Below, in pieces: positions 31,195 to 41,100 of a stretch of 64,000 nt of DNA (positions within the stretch are counted from its first letter, which is position 1; every line of letters begins with the position of its first letter). Source of the stretch: a virus. The notes beneath the pieces are model-generated. The model made no database searches, had not been told where the DNA came from, and saw only the letters and a program-made list of their open reading frames with translations. The DNA lies in IMG/VR virus record IMGVR_UViG_3300031834_001450, positions 1 through 64,000 of that record. The stretch is one strand, 5' to 3'. A program made the position numbers and the translations under genes.

Positions 31195-32466
31195 ATGGGA
31201 ACAACAGATTATGGAACACAGACAATAACTTTTAGATATAATCAAGCACTTATATCTTCTGATTTAGGAAAACTACTTTATAATATTACTAAACCAGGTA
31301 TATATGATGGTGGTAATCTTACAATAAATTCTGGAAATAATGTTAATATAGCACCTCTTGATTTATTGGTAGAAACATCAGCACTACAAATGATGCATGT
31401 AAAAACTACAACAAACATAGTATTTCCTATTACTGAATCTACTCCATATATAACGTGTCAATTTACATGGGTAGATTCTACAACTAATTATATGGATTTT
31501 ACTGCTAAAGCCGTAGGGGACTTACTTACTTCTGATGTAGTTGTTGGTATGGGAGTATATGTAGCAAGTACTTTAACTTCATTTTCTTATACATCTAAAA
31601 CATGGGGTACATTTGATAGAAGTGGTAATATGAGAAGTACAAATGTTATTGCTGCTACAGATGTTACTATTTTAGGAGCTAATGGATTATATAATAGTAC
31701 TAAAGCACTTACAACATATGGTAATACAACAGTAGCAAAAACAGCTAATTATGTTATGTTAGATAATGATGGATATTCAAGAATTGAGTGTGACACAACT
31801 TCTAATGCAATTACTATTACGCTTCCAGCAGTTGCAACAAACAGAGGTAGACGCATAGAAATTGCCTTGGTTAAAAATGATGCTTCTTTGGATAAGGTAA
31901 TTATTCAAGGAGCAGCAGGGTCTATAATGTCCGAAGATTTACTTGCTGCAATTTGGCTTACGAAAGTTGGAGATTTTATTTGCGTGCAAGAATCCGCAAC
32001 AAGCGGTGCTTGGAATATAGTAAATGAAAGAATTACAAGTCAGTTGAAATTAAACACATATGCTGGCTATGGATCAACAGATAATAAAATTATGCGATTT
32101 ACGAATGTTGTAACAAATTTTGGAAATATGTTTTCAGAAAATCATGTTTCTGGATATACGGCAAATGCCAAAGGGCTAGAAATTACCATAAATCGATCAG
32201 GGAGATATGCTATTTCTTTTTCAGCTCAAGGAGGAGCTGCGACAAATAATGGATTAAGTCTAAATTCAACAGAACTAACGACTTCATTAGAGACTATCAC
32301 GGTGACAGATAGACTCGTAATTACTGTGGCATTATCCTCCTGTGGTTCAATAACAGTAAATATGTTTTTTAAAAAAAATGATATAATTAGACCCCATACT
32401 GCTGGACTAGCTCCAGCTTCAAATAATGCGCTAACTCATTTCAACGTAGAATATATAGGAAACTAA
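31195..32466 (+). CDS. Tail fibre/receptor-binding protein 2 (paralog of 29452-30792)
   Basis: Shares IVNERITSQL..TYAGYGSTD.KIMRFT...NFGNMFSENHVSGY..NAKGLEITINRSGRYA. Confidence 0.75.
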   Translation: MGTTDYGTQTITFRYNQALISSDLGKLLYNITKPGIYDGGNLTINSGNNVNIAPLDLLVETSALQMMHVKTTTNIVFPITESTPYITCQFTWVDSTTNYMDFTAKAVGDLLTSDVVVGMGVYVASTLTSFSYTSKTWGTFDRSGNMRSTNVIAATDVTILGANGLYNSTKALTTYGNTTVAKTANYVMLDNDGYSRIECDTTSNAITITLPAVATNRGRRIEIALVKNDASLDKVIIQGAAGSIMSEDLLAAIWLTKVGDFICVQESATSGAWNIVNERITSQLKLNTYAGYGSTDNKIMRFTNVVTNFGNMFSENHVSGYTANAKGLEITINRSGRYAISFSAQGGAATNNGLSLNSTELTTSLETITVTDRLVITVALSSCGSITVNMFFKKNDIIRPHTAGLAPASNNALTHFNVEYIGN

Positions 32467-32480
32467 AGGGATAAAAAAAA

Positions 32481-32890
32481 ATGAAGCGATACATCAAAAC
32501 AAACAATGAAAATTTTATAATAGATATTTTTCATGAACATCAAAAAGAAAAATTTGATGGAAGCGAAATATTTTTAGACGAAGTAGAAAAGCAATCTGTT
32601 TGGATAGATGGAAAAGTAATTTTTGATGAAACTAACAATCCAATATTCAAACTAATATCTAATAAACCCATCTTACAACCAGAAAATATTTTATATACTG
32701 AATATAAACAAAAAAAATAGACAATAAAAAATTACAAGATGCTAAAGATTATCTATTTGAAACTGATCATAAAATTATAAAACAAATAGAACTTGGAGAA
32801 GCTTGTCCGCCAGATGTTTTAAACAAACGGCAAGCAGCTAGAGCAACAATTTCAGAGATAGAAGGAACTGATAAAAAAAAGCTAAAATAA
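32481..32890 (+). CDS. Tail fibre chaperone 2, split by a frameshift at an A8 run (32710-32717)
   Basis: Frame 0 stops at TAG 32718. The -1 frame continues 57 codons: IDNKKLQDAKDYLFETDHKIIKQIELGEACPPDVLNKRQAARATI... Confidence 0.7.
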
Positions 32891-32949
32891 AAATAATCTT
32901 AGTTTAAAAAAAGTTTAAAAAAAGTTTAAGAGAATAATAATTTAAAAAA

Positions 32950-34269
32950 ATGTCAATATCTAAATATGAATTTGAAATGCTCTCAACTCCTAGTTGTATC
33001 AATTTTTATAAAGAAGATTATAAAGATGGAGATAAATTAGGTACACCTATTAGAAATTGGTCAAAGATTCTTTTTAAAGATTCTTTATTTGATTTCTTTC
33101 CGTACAGTGAAATATATTTTAAAGATTCTGCTGGTCAAATAGTTGATAGTGTTTATTTTGTAGAAGGTCTTGAATTTCATTGTAAATTAGGTTTTCAAGA
33201 AGAAATAGTAAAAGATAAAGATGATAATGATAAAAAAATTGGTGGATATCTAGAATATGATTATATTTGGTCTGCTTTTGAAATAAACAATATTACATTT
33301 GCCCAATCAATATCTGGTGATAATATGTTTATGATGGTATCTAAACATTTTTATAATGATTATCCACAATCTAGAACTTTTAATCATGAAAGTTCTACTA
33401 AACAAACAATAAGTAATATACTTATCAATACAATATTACCTGCTTGGGGAATAGATAAAAGTAAATTTAGAGGTGGAGAAAAAGGTAAAGAAATAAATTC
33501 TATTACTGATACTACTGGTACGCCATATTTAAATCAAAACAATATATCTAATAAATTATTTATTTCTAAATTAGCAGAATATGCATATAGTCAAAATAAT
33601 AAAGCATCTGGGTTTTATACATTTATAAATTGTAATGGTGAATTTTATTTTATGACTATACAAGGTATGTTAAATCAACCCCCTGTTAGAAAATATAAAA
33701 TAGATTTACATCAAGATATGATGACAGATGAATATTATATTAAAGATTATCGAGTATTAAATGGTGGAGTTCCAGTTAATTTTGAAAATTATAAAAGAAA
33801 AATATATAGATATAAAGCAGATGGAACGAATATCGCAGAAATAAAAAATATTCAAACTTATGCAAATGAATCTGAATTAGATACAGCAACTCAACTTCTT
33901 ATTAGAAAACAATATATACCAACTGTAAATAGTAAAGTAACATATGGTGGAATACAAGAAGAAGAAAATGGATTAGAATTTTATCAAGGTTTTGTAAATT
34001 ATTTTTATAGAGATACACTTTTATGTTATAGAATGGTAATTGTAGTTGATTTTTATGCTGGGCTAGTATCAGGAAAAACTATAGAAATAGAAGTAGAAAA
34101 ACAAACTAAAACAAATGAAATAGCTGGAGAGTTTTCTGGTAAATGGTTAATATGTGAATCAATACATATCATGGATAAAAATGGTATTCCTTATTCACAA
34201 CTTACAATAAGTAAACCTCAAATAAAAATAGATCAATCCCATCCATTTAAAAAAGATTTTACTCCATGA
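32950..34269 (+). CDS. Baseplate hub protein (gp27/gpD-like)
   Basis: GKTIEIEV...FSGKWLICESIH...YSQLTI. Confidence 0.65.
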   Translation: MSISKYEFEMLSTPSCINFYKEDYKDGDKLGTPIRNWSKILFKDSLFDFFPYSEIYFKDSAGQIVDSVYFVEGLEFHCKLGFQEEIVKDKDDNDKKIGGYLEYDYIWSAFEINNITFAQSISGDNMFMMVSKHFYNDYPQSRTFNHESSTKQTISNILINTILPAWGIDKSKFRGGEKGKEINSITDTTGTPYLNQNNISNKLFISKLAEYAYSQNNKASGFYTFINCNGEFYFMTIQGMLNQPPVRKYKIDLHQDMMTDEYYIKDYRVLNGGVPVNFENYKRKIYRYKADGTNIAEIKNIQTYANESELDTATQLLIRKQYIPTVNSKVTYGGIQEEENGLEFYQGFVNYFYRDTLLCYRMVIVVDFYAGLVSGKTIEIEVEKQTKTNEIAGEFSGKWLICESIHIMDKNGIPYSQLTISKPQIKIDQSHPFKKDFTP

Positions 34270-34646
34270 ACAAAAAAACAATACTCCTTGTTGAAGATGA
34301 AATTATTATAGCAATAACAACTAAAATAATTCTTGAAAATTATGGGTATATTGTTATTGTTGTTAATACTGGAGAAGACGCAATAAAAACTATAAAAAAT
34401 ATACCTAATATTCAACTTCTTCTTATAGATATTGATTTAGGAAAAGGACTAGATGGTATTGAAACTGCAGAAATAATTTTAAAAAATTATGACATTCCAA
34501 TAATTTTTCGTTCAAGTCATATAGAACAAGATATTATAGAAAAGATTAAAAATATAAAAAAAATAACTTCATATAGTTATATAACAAAAAATTCAAATAA
34601 TGTCGATCTTGACATCTCAATAAAAATGGCATTTAAATTATTGTAA
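34266..34646 (+). CDS. Stand-alone response regulator receiver (CheY-like)
   Basis: ILLVEDE, LLIDIDL (phospho-Asp), DGIETA, IPIIFRSS, YITK. Confidence 0.92.
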   Translation: MNKKTILLVEDEIIIAITTKIILENYGYIVIVVNTGEDAIKTIKNIPNIQLLLIDIDLGKGLDGIETAEIILKNYDIPIIFRSSHIEQDIIEKIKNIKKITSYSYITKNSNNVDLDISIKMAFKLL

Positions 34647-34651
34647 ACAAA

Positions 34652-34906
34652 TTATATTTTATGTTGATGTTTATGTTTAGAAATTAAAAAAATAGATTTT
34701 ATAAAAAGTTCTATTTTTTTTTGAATCTTTTTTCTCATATATCTATTAAATGATTGTCTAAGTAATTCAATTTCTTGTACTATAATTTCTTTAGGTGCAT
34801 GAAATTCAATTAATTGCAAAAATCTTTTTTTTCTTCTATTTATTAAATAATTATAGTAGAAATTTCTTTCTCTTCTTATATAATGCTTAATAGTCTTGAT
34901 GAACAT
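34652..34906 (-). CDS. Hypothetical basic protein
   Basis: ORF at the convergent operon end. Confidence 0.4.
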   Translation of the reverse strand: MFIKTIKHYIRRERNFYYNYLINRRKKRFLQLIEFHAPKEIIVQEIELLRQSFNRYMRKKIQKKIELFIKSIFLISKHKHQHKI

Positions 34907-35787
34907 TCTTCTGATACCTCCTTTGATAAAATTTTTTCAATAGAATATTTTTTAAACTTTTCAAGTATTGTTGCTTTTTCAAATTCTTGTTTAAAAGAAC
35001 TTTCTGTATTTTCTGTTCTTAATAGTTTAATACCAGCTTCTCTTATATAATAATCTTTATATTTTTCGTATACTAATTTTTTATTTGGTACATTTATAAT
35101 ATTAAGTATATTATTTTTATTTGATGGTTCTTCTCCATAATTAATAGTTTCATATTGAAAATAAATTGGAACTTTAATAATTTCTATTTGTTTATTATTT
35201 ATTTTAAATATCTTATGATTTTGATCTTCTAAGTGTCGAGTGCTTACTGGAATACCTACGATATGATGTTGATTATTATAATTATCAATAAAAGAAGATT
35301 GTAGATGATGATGGCCATGAAAAAAACATCCTTTTAAATTTGGAAAAGATACGCCTTCATCTGCAAATTGAGTTTCTTGTGGCATTAAATGAGTAAAAAT
35401 AAAATCAAAATTACCTTCTAAATCTTGATATGTTTTATAATCATATTTAAAAGGAAGCATAAGACAATTCATATTATCTATAATAACAGATGTTGCATCT
35501 TCATAAACAAATACATTATCTATTAATTGAAATGCAGATAAAGCACTCCCTTTGTTTTTTGATAGATCATGATTGCCCTCTAATATATGAGTTATATTTT
35601 TTCTTTTCAAAAGAAATTCTTTAAAAATTTTATAAACTGACCAAACTGGAGTTGAATTATCAAAAATATCACCTAACAAAATTAATTCTTCATTACAATA
35701 ATTATCATTTAACCAATTTAAAAATTGTTTAGTTGATTTTAAAAAAGGTTCTTTATTTTTTAAATGTAAATCAGAACAACAAATCAT
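34876..35787 (-). CDS. SbcD/gp47-like recombination nuclease (metallophosphoesterase)
   Basis: SDLH, LGDIFD, GNHD, GHHH. Confidence 0.8.
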   Translation of the reverse strand: MICCSDLHLKNKEPFLKSTKQFLNWLNDNYCNEELILLGDIFDNSTPVWSVYKIFKEFLLKRKNITHILEGNHDLSKNKGSALSAFQLIDNVFVYEDATSVIIDNMNCLMLPFKYDYKTYQDLEGNFDFIFTHLMPQETQFADEGVSFPNLKGCFFHGHHHLQSSFIDNYNNQHHIVGIPVSTRHLEDQNHKIFKINNKQIEIIKVPIYFQYETINYGEEPSNKNNILNIINVPNKKLVYEKYKDYYIREAGIKLLRTENTESSFKQEFEKATILEKFKKYSIEKILSKEVSEECSSRLLSII

Positions 35788-35930
35788 AGTTTATTTTCCT
35801 CATATGCCTTATATTTATTAATTAGTTTATCTATAACAGGAACAAGACCACTTATACTATTAACATTATCTTCAAAATCTTCAATTAAATATTTTAATAT
35901 TTCTAAATCTTCTATAAGAGTAGTATTCAT
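35784..35930 (-). CDS. Hypothetical 48-aa protein (not in ORF track)
   Basis: ATGA overlaps with both neighbours; MNTTLIEDLEILKYL... Confidence 0.5.
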   Translation of the reverse strand: MNTTLIEDLEILKYLIEDFEDNVNSISGLVPVIDKLINKYKAYEENKL

Positions 35931-36181
35931 ATTATTCCTTTTTCCTTATATCTTTGACAAATTCCTTTTAAAGTATTATATAATATATTAAGTTGTATTC
36001 TATTCTTTCTAATATATTTCATATCATACTCATTTAATGCCATACATATTAATTTAGTAGAAAAATTTTTTTGTAAATTTTGTAATAATTTAAGTTTTTG
36101 ACTATAAGAAATTTCAATTATATTAGACAATATATCATTTATATTTTGTTCTCGAATAAAATTATAATATATTTGTCTCAT
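35927..36181 (-). CDS. Hypothetical protein
   Basis: AGGAG SD; early motif upstream (36200-36231). Confidence 0.55.
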   Translation of the reverse strand: MRQIYYNFIREQNINDILSNIIEISYSQKLKLLQNLQKNFSTKLICMALNEYDMKYIRKNRIQLNILYNTLKGICQRYKEKGII

Positions 36182-36227
36182 TTCTATTTTCTCCTATTAA
36201 TAAAATATAAACTAATTATAAAAAATT

Positions 36228-36265
36228 AAACTTTAAATAAGAATTTAAATTCTTATTTAAAGTTT
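36228..36265. repeat. Perfect 38-bp palindrome with no spacer
   Basis: aaactttaaataagaatttaaattcttatttaaagttt. Confidence 0.9.
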
Positions 36266-36279
36266 TTTTATTATTTAAA

Positions 36280-36573
36280 TTATTTAGTTTTTTTAAACAA
36301 TAATAAAATAGCTAACAATGTAATAAATTGCCAACCATTACTTTTTAGTTCAGTGCTTATAATTGTTATTACATCTTTAGATACTGTAAGAATATATGCT
36401 ATCATTCCTACTTTACCTGTAAAAATTACATCTATTATAAGAGCAGTTACAAAAATTAAAATTAGCGCTCCTTTAAAACTCGCTAATTGTAATGTAATAG
36501 AACTTATAATTACATCAAAAACTCCTAAAATCTTAATACCAAATGCTGTTAACCATGCTACAAGCTTAACCAT
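36280..36573 (-). CDS. Small membrane protein, holin candidate
   Basis: 2-3 hydrophobic segments, basic C-terminus KKTK, late-like motif TACTAATT at 36613-36620. Confidence 0.45.
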   Translation of the reverse strand: MVKLVAWLTAFGIKILGVFDVIISSITLQLASFKGALILIFVTALIIDVIFTGKVGMIAYILTVSKDVITIISTELKSNGWQFITLLAILLLFKKTK

Positions 36574-36678
36574 ACAAAATTACCTCAAAATTAAATTTTA
36601 AAACTTAATAATAATTAGTATTTATTTTATTTTATTTTAATTTTTAATGAATTATTATAACTTCAATTAAAATAATAA

Positions 36679-37818
36679 TTAACTTCTCCTTCTTATTATA
36701 TTTCCTTTATTTTGTAATATATCAATTTCAGATATTCTTTTTTTAGTTTCATTTTTTTCTTTATTCTGATTAAAAATATCCACTAGAATAAAATCTATTA
36801 TCTCCTGGTTGACATAGGGATATTTATTTAATTCGAATAATTTGTTAAGTGCATATTCAACTTGTTGAATACTAATTGTTTTATCTATACCTTGAAGTTG
36901 TTGAGTTTGCCAATAGGGAACTTCAATTCCAGATAAACTTTTATATATAGTACCTAACATATATCTTAATTTATCTTTTAACTCTATTGTATATTGAATA
37001 TTAAAAGCTTCTGAATTTCCCTTGAATAAATAATTTATACTTGTTATTAAATCACTACTAGATATTATTTCAAGTTCTTTTGTAACTTCATTAACTGTCC
37101 ATAATTCTGAATAGATAATTCTTTCTAAGTAACTTAATGCTTGTCTCATACTACCATAACTATTTTCTGCTATAGTTAATAATACATTTATTTTTTCTTC
37201 ATTATCAATTAATACATTTTCTTGTTTACATATAAAGTATAATTGTTTAGATATTTCTTCAATAGTATGTGGTTTAAGTTTATAAGTTGTACAACGATTA
37301 ACAATAGCTTTTGGAATATCTTTCAAATCTCCCATTGATCCTAATATCCAATACACATTTTTATAATTTTTTTCAATTGGTTTTAATAAATTATTAAGTG
37401 CTGCTTTCGTCTTTGACATTTCTTGTATTTCATCAAGGCAAAATACTTTAGCATTAGCATTAGAAAAACTTTTAATTTCCGCATTTTCTGCAATTTCTCT
37501 AGCAGTATCTATTCCAATATTTGATGAATTGTATTCAAAATAAAAATTAGAAATTTTTTCGTCTATAATAGTTTTACAAATATTACAAATATTACAACTA
37601 TTACCATTTTCATCTTTATCCCTACATAAAATATTTTTAGCTATTATTCTTTGTAAGGTCGTCTTACCCACACCAGTATTACCAGTTAATAATAATACTC
37701 TTGGTATTGTACTTTCTTTAGATCTTTTTTGTAGATCTTTTATTGTTGCTATATGACCAATTACTTCAGATAATTGATTTGGTCTATATTTATTATAGAG
37801 TAAAGTATTATTATTCAT
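36679..37818 (-). CDS. dnaX: DNA polymerase III gamma/tau-like clamp loader
   Basis: LYNKYRP...EVIGH, GNTGVGKTT, C-C-C-C zinc module, LDEIQEM, GSMRQALS. Confidence 0.85.
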   Translation of the reverse strand: MNNNTLLYNKYRPNQLSEVIGHIATIKDLQKRSKESTIPRVLLLTGNTGVGKTTLQRIIAKNILCRDKDENGNSCNICNICKTIIDEKISNFYFEYNSSNIGIDTAREIAENAEIKSFSNANAKVFCLDEIQEMSKTKAALNNLLKPIEKNYKNVYWILGSMGDLKDIPKAIVNRCTTYKLKPHTIEEISKQLYFICKQENVLIDNEEKINVLLTIAENSYGSMRQALSYLERIIYSELWTVNEVTKELEIISSSDLITSINYLFKGNSEAFNIQYTIELKDKLRYMLGTIYKSLSGIEVPYWQTQQLQGIDKTISIQQVEYALNKLFELNKYPYVNQEIIDFILVDIFNQNKEKNETKKRISEIDILQNKGNIIRRRS

Positions 37819-37824
37819 TTATCC

Positions 37825-38139
37825 TTATCCTTTTTCAATTCCAGAAAATTCGCAATCTGCCAACCCTTGTAAACCTCTAAATTCAATTGTAGATATACAA
37901 TCAGAAATATTTAAACAATCAATACATAATCGTGGTAATTTAATATTTTTAAGAATTGGACAATCTTGTACGTATTTTGGACAAATAGCGTTATCTATAT
38001 TACACCAATTATAATAATCTACTTTTGAAATTGTTTCATTTATTTTTAATTCAGAATTATATTCAATATGACAATTATTATTTATTTTATGAGAGGATAG
38101 ATGTATACAATATCGACAAAATGTATCTAAATCTAACAT
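37825..38139 (-). CDS. Cys-rich hypothetical protein
   Basis: Multiple Cys including CRYC and CIDC. Confidence 0.55.
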   Translation of the reverse strand: MLDLDTFCRYCIHLSSHKINNNCHIEYNSELKINETISKVDYYNWCNIDNAICPKYVQDCPILKNIKLPRLCIDCLNISDCISTIEFRGLQGLADCEFSGIEKG

Positions 38140-38576
38140 AATAAACCCCTTTTTTATTTTTCAATCTATCTTATATTCTATTAATATTTTTGCAATTTCT
38201 ACAACATCTATTATTTCCCAATCTTTTTCTCTAGTTCCTTGCTTTGGAAAAACAACTGCAATTTTTTATAGATATAAAATTCTCATCTTTCTTTTGGAGT
38301 CTCACCAATTAATTCTTATATTATTAATCTTTCATATAGCATTTCATTTTATTTTATTTCTCCTTTAATAAGTATTAAATTTATCAAAATAAATTTAATA
38401 AAATTATTTTTTTTTAATTCCCATTATTTTATATACTTTTCGATCACTGATTTTAGAAATAATATATGCAACGAAAATAACAATAAAATAAAAACCAAGA
38501 ATTATTCCAAGACAAATTCCAACAAATAATAGTACATTCTCATTAATTTCATTCATAGTTGCAAATATCCTCTTTT

Positions 38577-38978
38577 TTAATTTATTGCAGACATCCCCAA
38601 AATAAATCTCATTTGTTCTGTATTATTTTCAACAATCATTACTTTAAACATAATAGAATTTGCACTAGTGTCGTGTAAAACATAATAAAATTTACAATCT
38701 TTCATTAAAATAGTAGTTATTTTAATTCCTTGAGAATCTATTTTAACTGTTATTGATTTAATTTTTTTAGGTGTTTCATCAATACCTACAACGGTAATTT
38801 CATCTGCGTCTATTATAACCATATTTCTCATATCACCATTTAAATAAGCTTCACTTCCACCAGCAGAAATACCAAGTAATTGCCAAGTACCTATATACTT
38901 AAAATTTAAAAAACTTTCTTCTGTTGCATATAGGACAGAACTTACAAATAACAATACTATCATTAAATATGTTTTCAT
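38577..38978 (-). CDS. Secreted/periplasmic hypothetical protein
   Basis: Signal peptide MKTYLMIVLLFVSSVLYA; early motif at 39016-39048. Confidence 0.6.
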   Translation of the reverse strand: MKTYLMIVLLFVSSVLYATEESFLNFKYIGTWQLLGISAGGSEAYLNGDMRNMVIIDADEITVVGIDETPKKIKSITVKIDSQGIKITTILMKDCKFYYVLHDTSANSIMFKVMIVENNTEQMRFILGMSAIN

Positions 38979-39179
38979 TTTTTAACCATCCTTTTTTTAA
39001 TTTTAATATCTTATATATAATATATAAAAAATTTATGAAAAATTAAACTTTTTTACTTAATTTCTTCTAGTGTAAACTATTATCTCGATTCATTTTTTGA
39101 ATCTTTTAAAAATAAAAAAATATAATTTGTTCTATTATTATTATTATAATTAGAATAATAAAAAGAAATATCATTTTTT

Positions 39180-39461
39180 TCATAAATCTAAAAATTCTTG
39201 AATTGTTATTAATTTATGTTCACGTTCTTTTTGAAAATATTTAATATCATTAGAAAAAAAGATTGTACCATTTTTATTTAAATATAAATAAGAAAAATTA
39301 AATTTACAAGATTCATCTTTAATAAGTTGATTTACTTCCCAATAATACCCCAACTTAAAACTTTTTAATCGAATTGTATCTAGTACTTCATTATTTATAT
39401 CTATCTTATATGCAAACATTATTTTTTTCCTACAAATTATGTCTTCTTGCCCATTCTGCAA
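39180..39461 (-). CDS. Hypothetical protein
   Basis: Operon context; real start probably MFAYK. Confidence 0.45.
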   Translation of the reverse strand: MQNGQEDIICRKKIMFAYKIDINNEVLDTIRLKSFKLGYYWEVNQLIKDESCKFNFSYLYLNKNGTIFFSNDIKYFQKEREHKLITIQEFLDL

Positions 39462-39945
39462 TTAATAAACCATCAGCATCTTTATGTAAAGTAATTACCT
39501 CTTTATGTTGAGGAAACATTCTAATTCCTATATCCATAGATGCTTTTTTTTGTTGAGCTGCCCCTTTAATACCTAAAGGTAATAATTCATGTTGCCATAA
39601 TTTACTATCTACAAAAAAATAGGAAATATTTAATTCTTCTAAACAAATTAAAGTACATTCAAATGCTCTTAACGCTGAGGTTGTTGCCTCAAATCTCATT
39701 GGATTTACCATTGGTCGTTCTATAAAAACTTTCCAATTTTTTAATTCATTTTTTGAATAAGTAGTAAATATTTCAACAAGTTTAGGATAATCTATTCGTG
39801 TGATATTTTTTGCTTTTGTTTTTTGATAGTTTGTTACTACTTTTATTGGAGTTTTTCTAAAACTAGAAGTATTATCTGGAAATATAATGCCTATCGTACC
39901 AGAACTACCATTATCGATAGCTACATATACAGTATTGTTTATCAT
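39430..39945 (-). CDS. RuvC-like Holliday junction resolvase
   Basis: VAIDNGSSG, VFIERP, LWQ, DADGLLIAEW. Confidence 0.75.
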   Translation of the reverse strand: MINNTVYVAIDNGSSGTIGIIFPDNTSSFRKTPIKVVTNYQKTKAKNITRIDYPKLVEIFTTYSKNELKNWKVFIERPMVNPMRFEATTSALRAFECTLICLEELNISYFFVDSKLWQHELLPLGIKGAAQQKKASMDIGIRMFPQHKEVITLHKDADGLLIAEWARRHNL

Positions 39946-39984
39946 TATAATACTCCAATTTTTTAATTATTAGTATTAATATTA

Positions 39985-40260
39985 TTATAGTTTATTATTA
40001 TTTTTTAATTTTTTTTTAATAGAAGGTAATTTATCTTCTTTTGTAAAATTCCTAATAAGACATAATTCTATATCTTGGTAATAAATAATAATTTCATCTT
40101 CATTTGCAGAAACTAAATGTATATTACCTTTACTATCTACTGTAATAAATTGAGAAACATTAATTTTAACTACTTCTAAATATTGAATTTTTAATTTATC
40201 TTCTTGATTACTACAAGATATTAAAAATAATACAATAAAAATAATAAATAATCTTTTCAT
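39985..40260 (-). CDS. Small lipoprotein
   Basis: MKRLFIIFIVLFLISC lipobox. Confidence 0.65.
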   Translation of the reverse strand: MKRLFIIFIVLFLISCSNQEDKLKIQYLEVVKINVSQFITVDSKGNIHLVSANEDEIIIYYQDIELCLIRNFTKEDKLPSIKKKLKNNNKL

Positions 40261-40607
40261 TTTTTTAATTCTTCCTTCATTTTTATGAAAATTTCAGGAT
40301 ATATTAAATCTACCCAAGCAGAATTAGAATGCAATGTAATTTTACAGTAAAAACTAGAAATAGGATGAAGTCGATTAAGTTCTTCTGGAACATCTTCTAG
40401 TAAGCATTTAACAAGTTTCCATTCTATAATATTACCTTGAGCAGCCCATTGATTAATAAGTAATTGTCCTTGAAATTGTTGTTGATATTGATATTGTCTT
40501 GTATAATTAAAATTATTTATTTCAATACCCTTACCACTAAAGAACCAAATATTTATCCCTATTGATACTGCCAATAATAATCCTATTATTACTATTATTT
40601 TATTCAT
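40257..40607 (-). CDS. Membrane-anchored hypothetical protein
   Basis: N-terminal TM helix; Gln-rich segment. Confidence 0.55.
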   Translation of the reverse strand: MNKIIVIIGLLLAVSIGINIWFFSGKGIEINNFNYTRQYQYQQQFQGQLLINQWAAQGNIIEWKLVKCLLEDVPEELNRLHPISSFYCKITLHSNSAWVDLIYPEIFIKMKEELKK

Positions 40608-40634
40608 TTTTTATTCTCCTTTTTATAAAAATTT

Positions 40635-40681
40635 GTTATCATTCATCCACGAAGTTGAAGACTTCGTGGATGAATGATAAC
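40635..40681. repeat. Perfect hairpin (21-bp arms, 5-nt loop) resembling an IS200/IS605 end
   Basis: gttatcattcatccacgaagt-tgaag-acttcgtggatgaatgataac; shares the acgaag...gacttcgtg core with 17544-17563. Confidence 0.85.
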
Positions 40682-40684
40682 TTT

Positions 40685-40861
40685 TTAATCATTCCATACT
40701 AAACTCCCTTGACTAAAATATTTTTCAACTACATTTATGTTAAAATATTCTTTCTTTTTTACATTACCAAACAAAATATATAACCCTTTGTTAAACATTC
40801 CCTTACAAGAATATCTCTCACCTTTAGTCCAAAATAGATCTAAAGGTTGAATTATACTTCC
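40685..40861 (-). pseudogene. Start-less 3' gene remnant, possibly an IscB C-terminus
   Basis: Open frame IQPLDLFWTKGERYSCKGMFNKGLYILFGNVKKKEYF...GSLVWND*, ending just before the IS-like hairpin. Confidence 0.35.
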
Positions 40862-41100
40862 TTATATTTTTTTAAAAATCTTTCTGGTGATATAGAATAA
40901 TATATTCCTAAGATATCTTTAACAATATAATCATTAATTTCACCAGTATGAATACCTAATATAACTTGATTATTAATTACTTCACCAAAAATTCCAATAA
41001 ATTCTTCTATTTCAGTTTTATTTTTTCCTGTCCATTGAATAACATTTAATTTTTGAGTAATTTTCATTTTTCCAACTAATTTGACGTATTGTTTTTCCAT
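40852..41100 (-). CDS. Conserved small phage protein
   Basis: IQWTGKN..EI..F...DYIVK....Y...PE.F.K.Y family pattern. Confidence 0.65.
   Translation of the reverse strand: MEKQYVKLVGKMKITQKLNVIQWTGKNKTEIEEFIGIFGEVINNQVILGIHTGEINDYIVKDILGIYYSISPERFLKKYKEV

Noticed and set aside
29452-32466. Diversity-generating retroelement (TR/VR) suggested by the repeat between the two fibre genes
   Set aside because: Both copies are coding, mismatches are not adenine-specific, and no reverse transcriptase is in the window.
32901-32929. Short tandem repeats (agtttaaaaaa here; also near 47186-47206 and 47435-47457)
   Set aside because: Low-complexity slippage repeats expected in very AT-rich DNA.
17685-34269. 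Bacterial eCIS/tailocin locus
   Set aside because: Embedded among phage replication, nucleotide-metabolism and hmC genes, with no host housekeeping context.
38160-38347. Fragmentary coding-like sequence (..ELIGETPKER.. / ..IAVVFPKQGTREKDWEIIDV..) on the minus strand
   Set aside because: Multiple stops and a frame change; at best a decayed gene with no assignable function.
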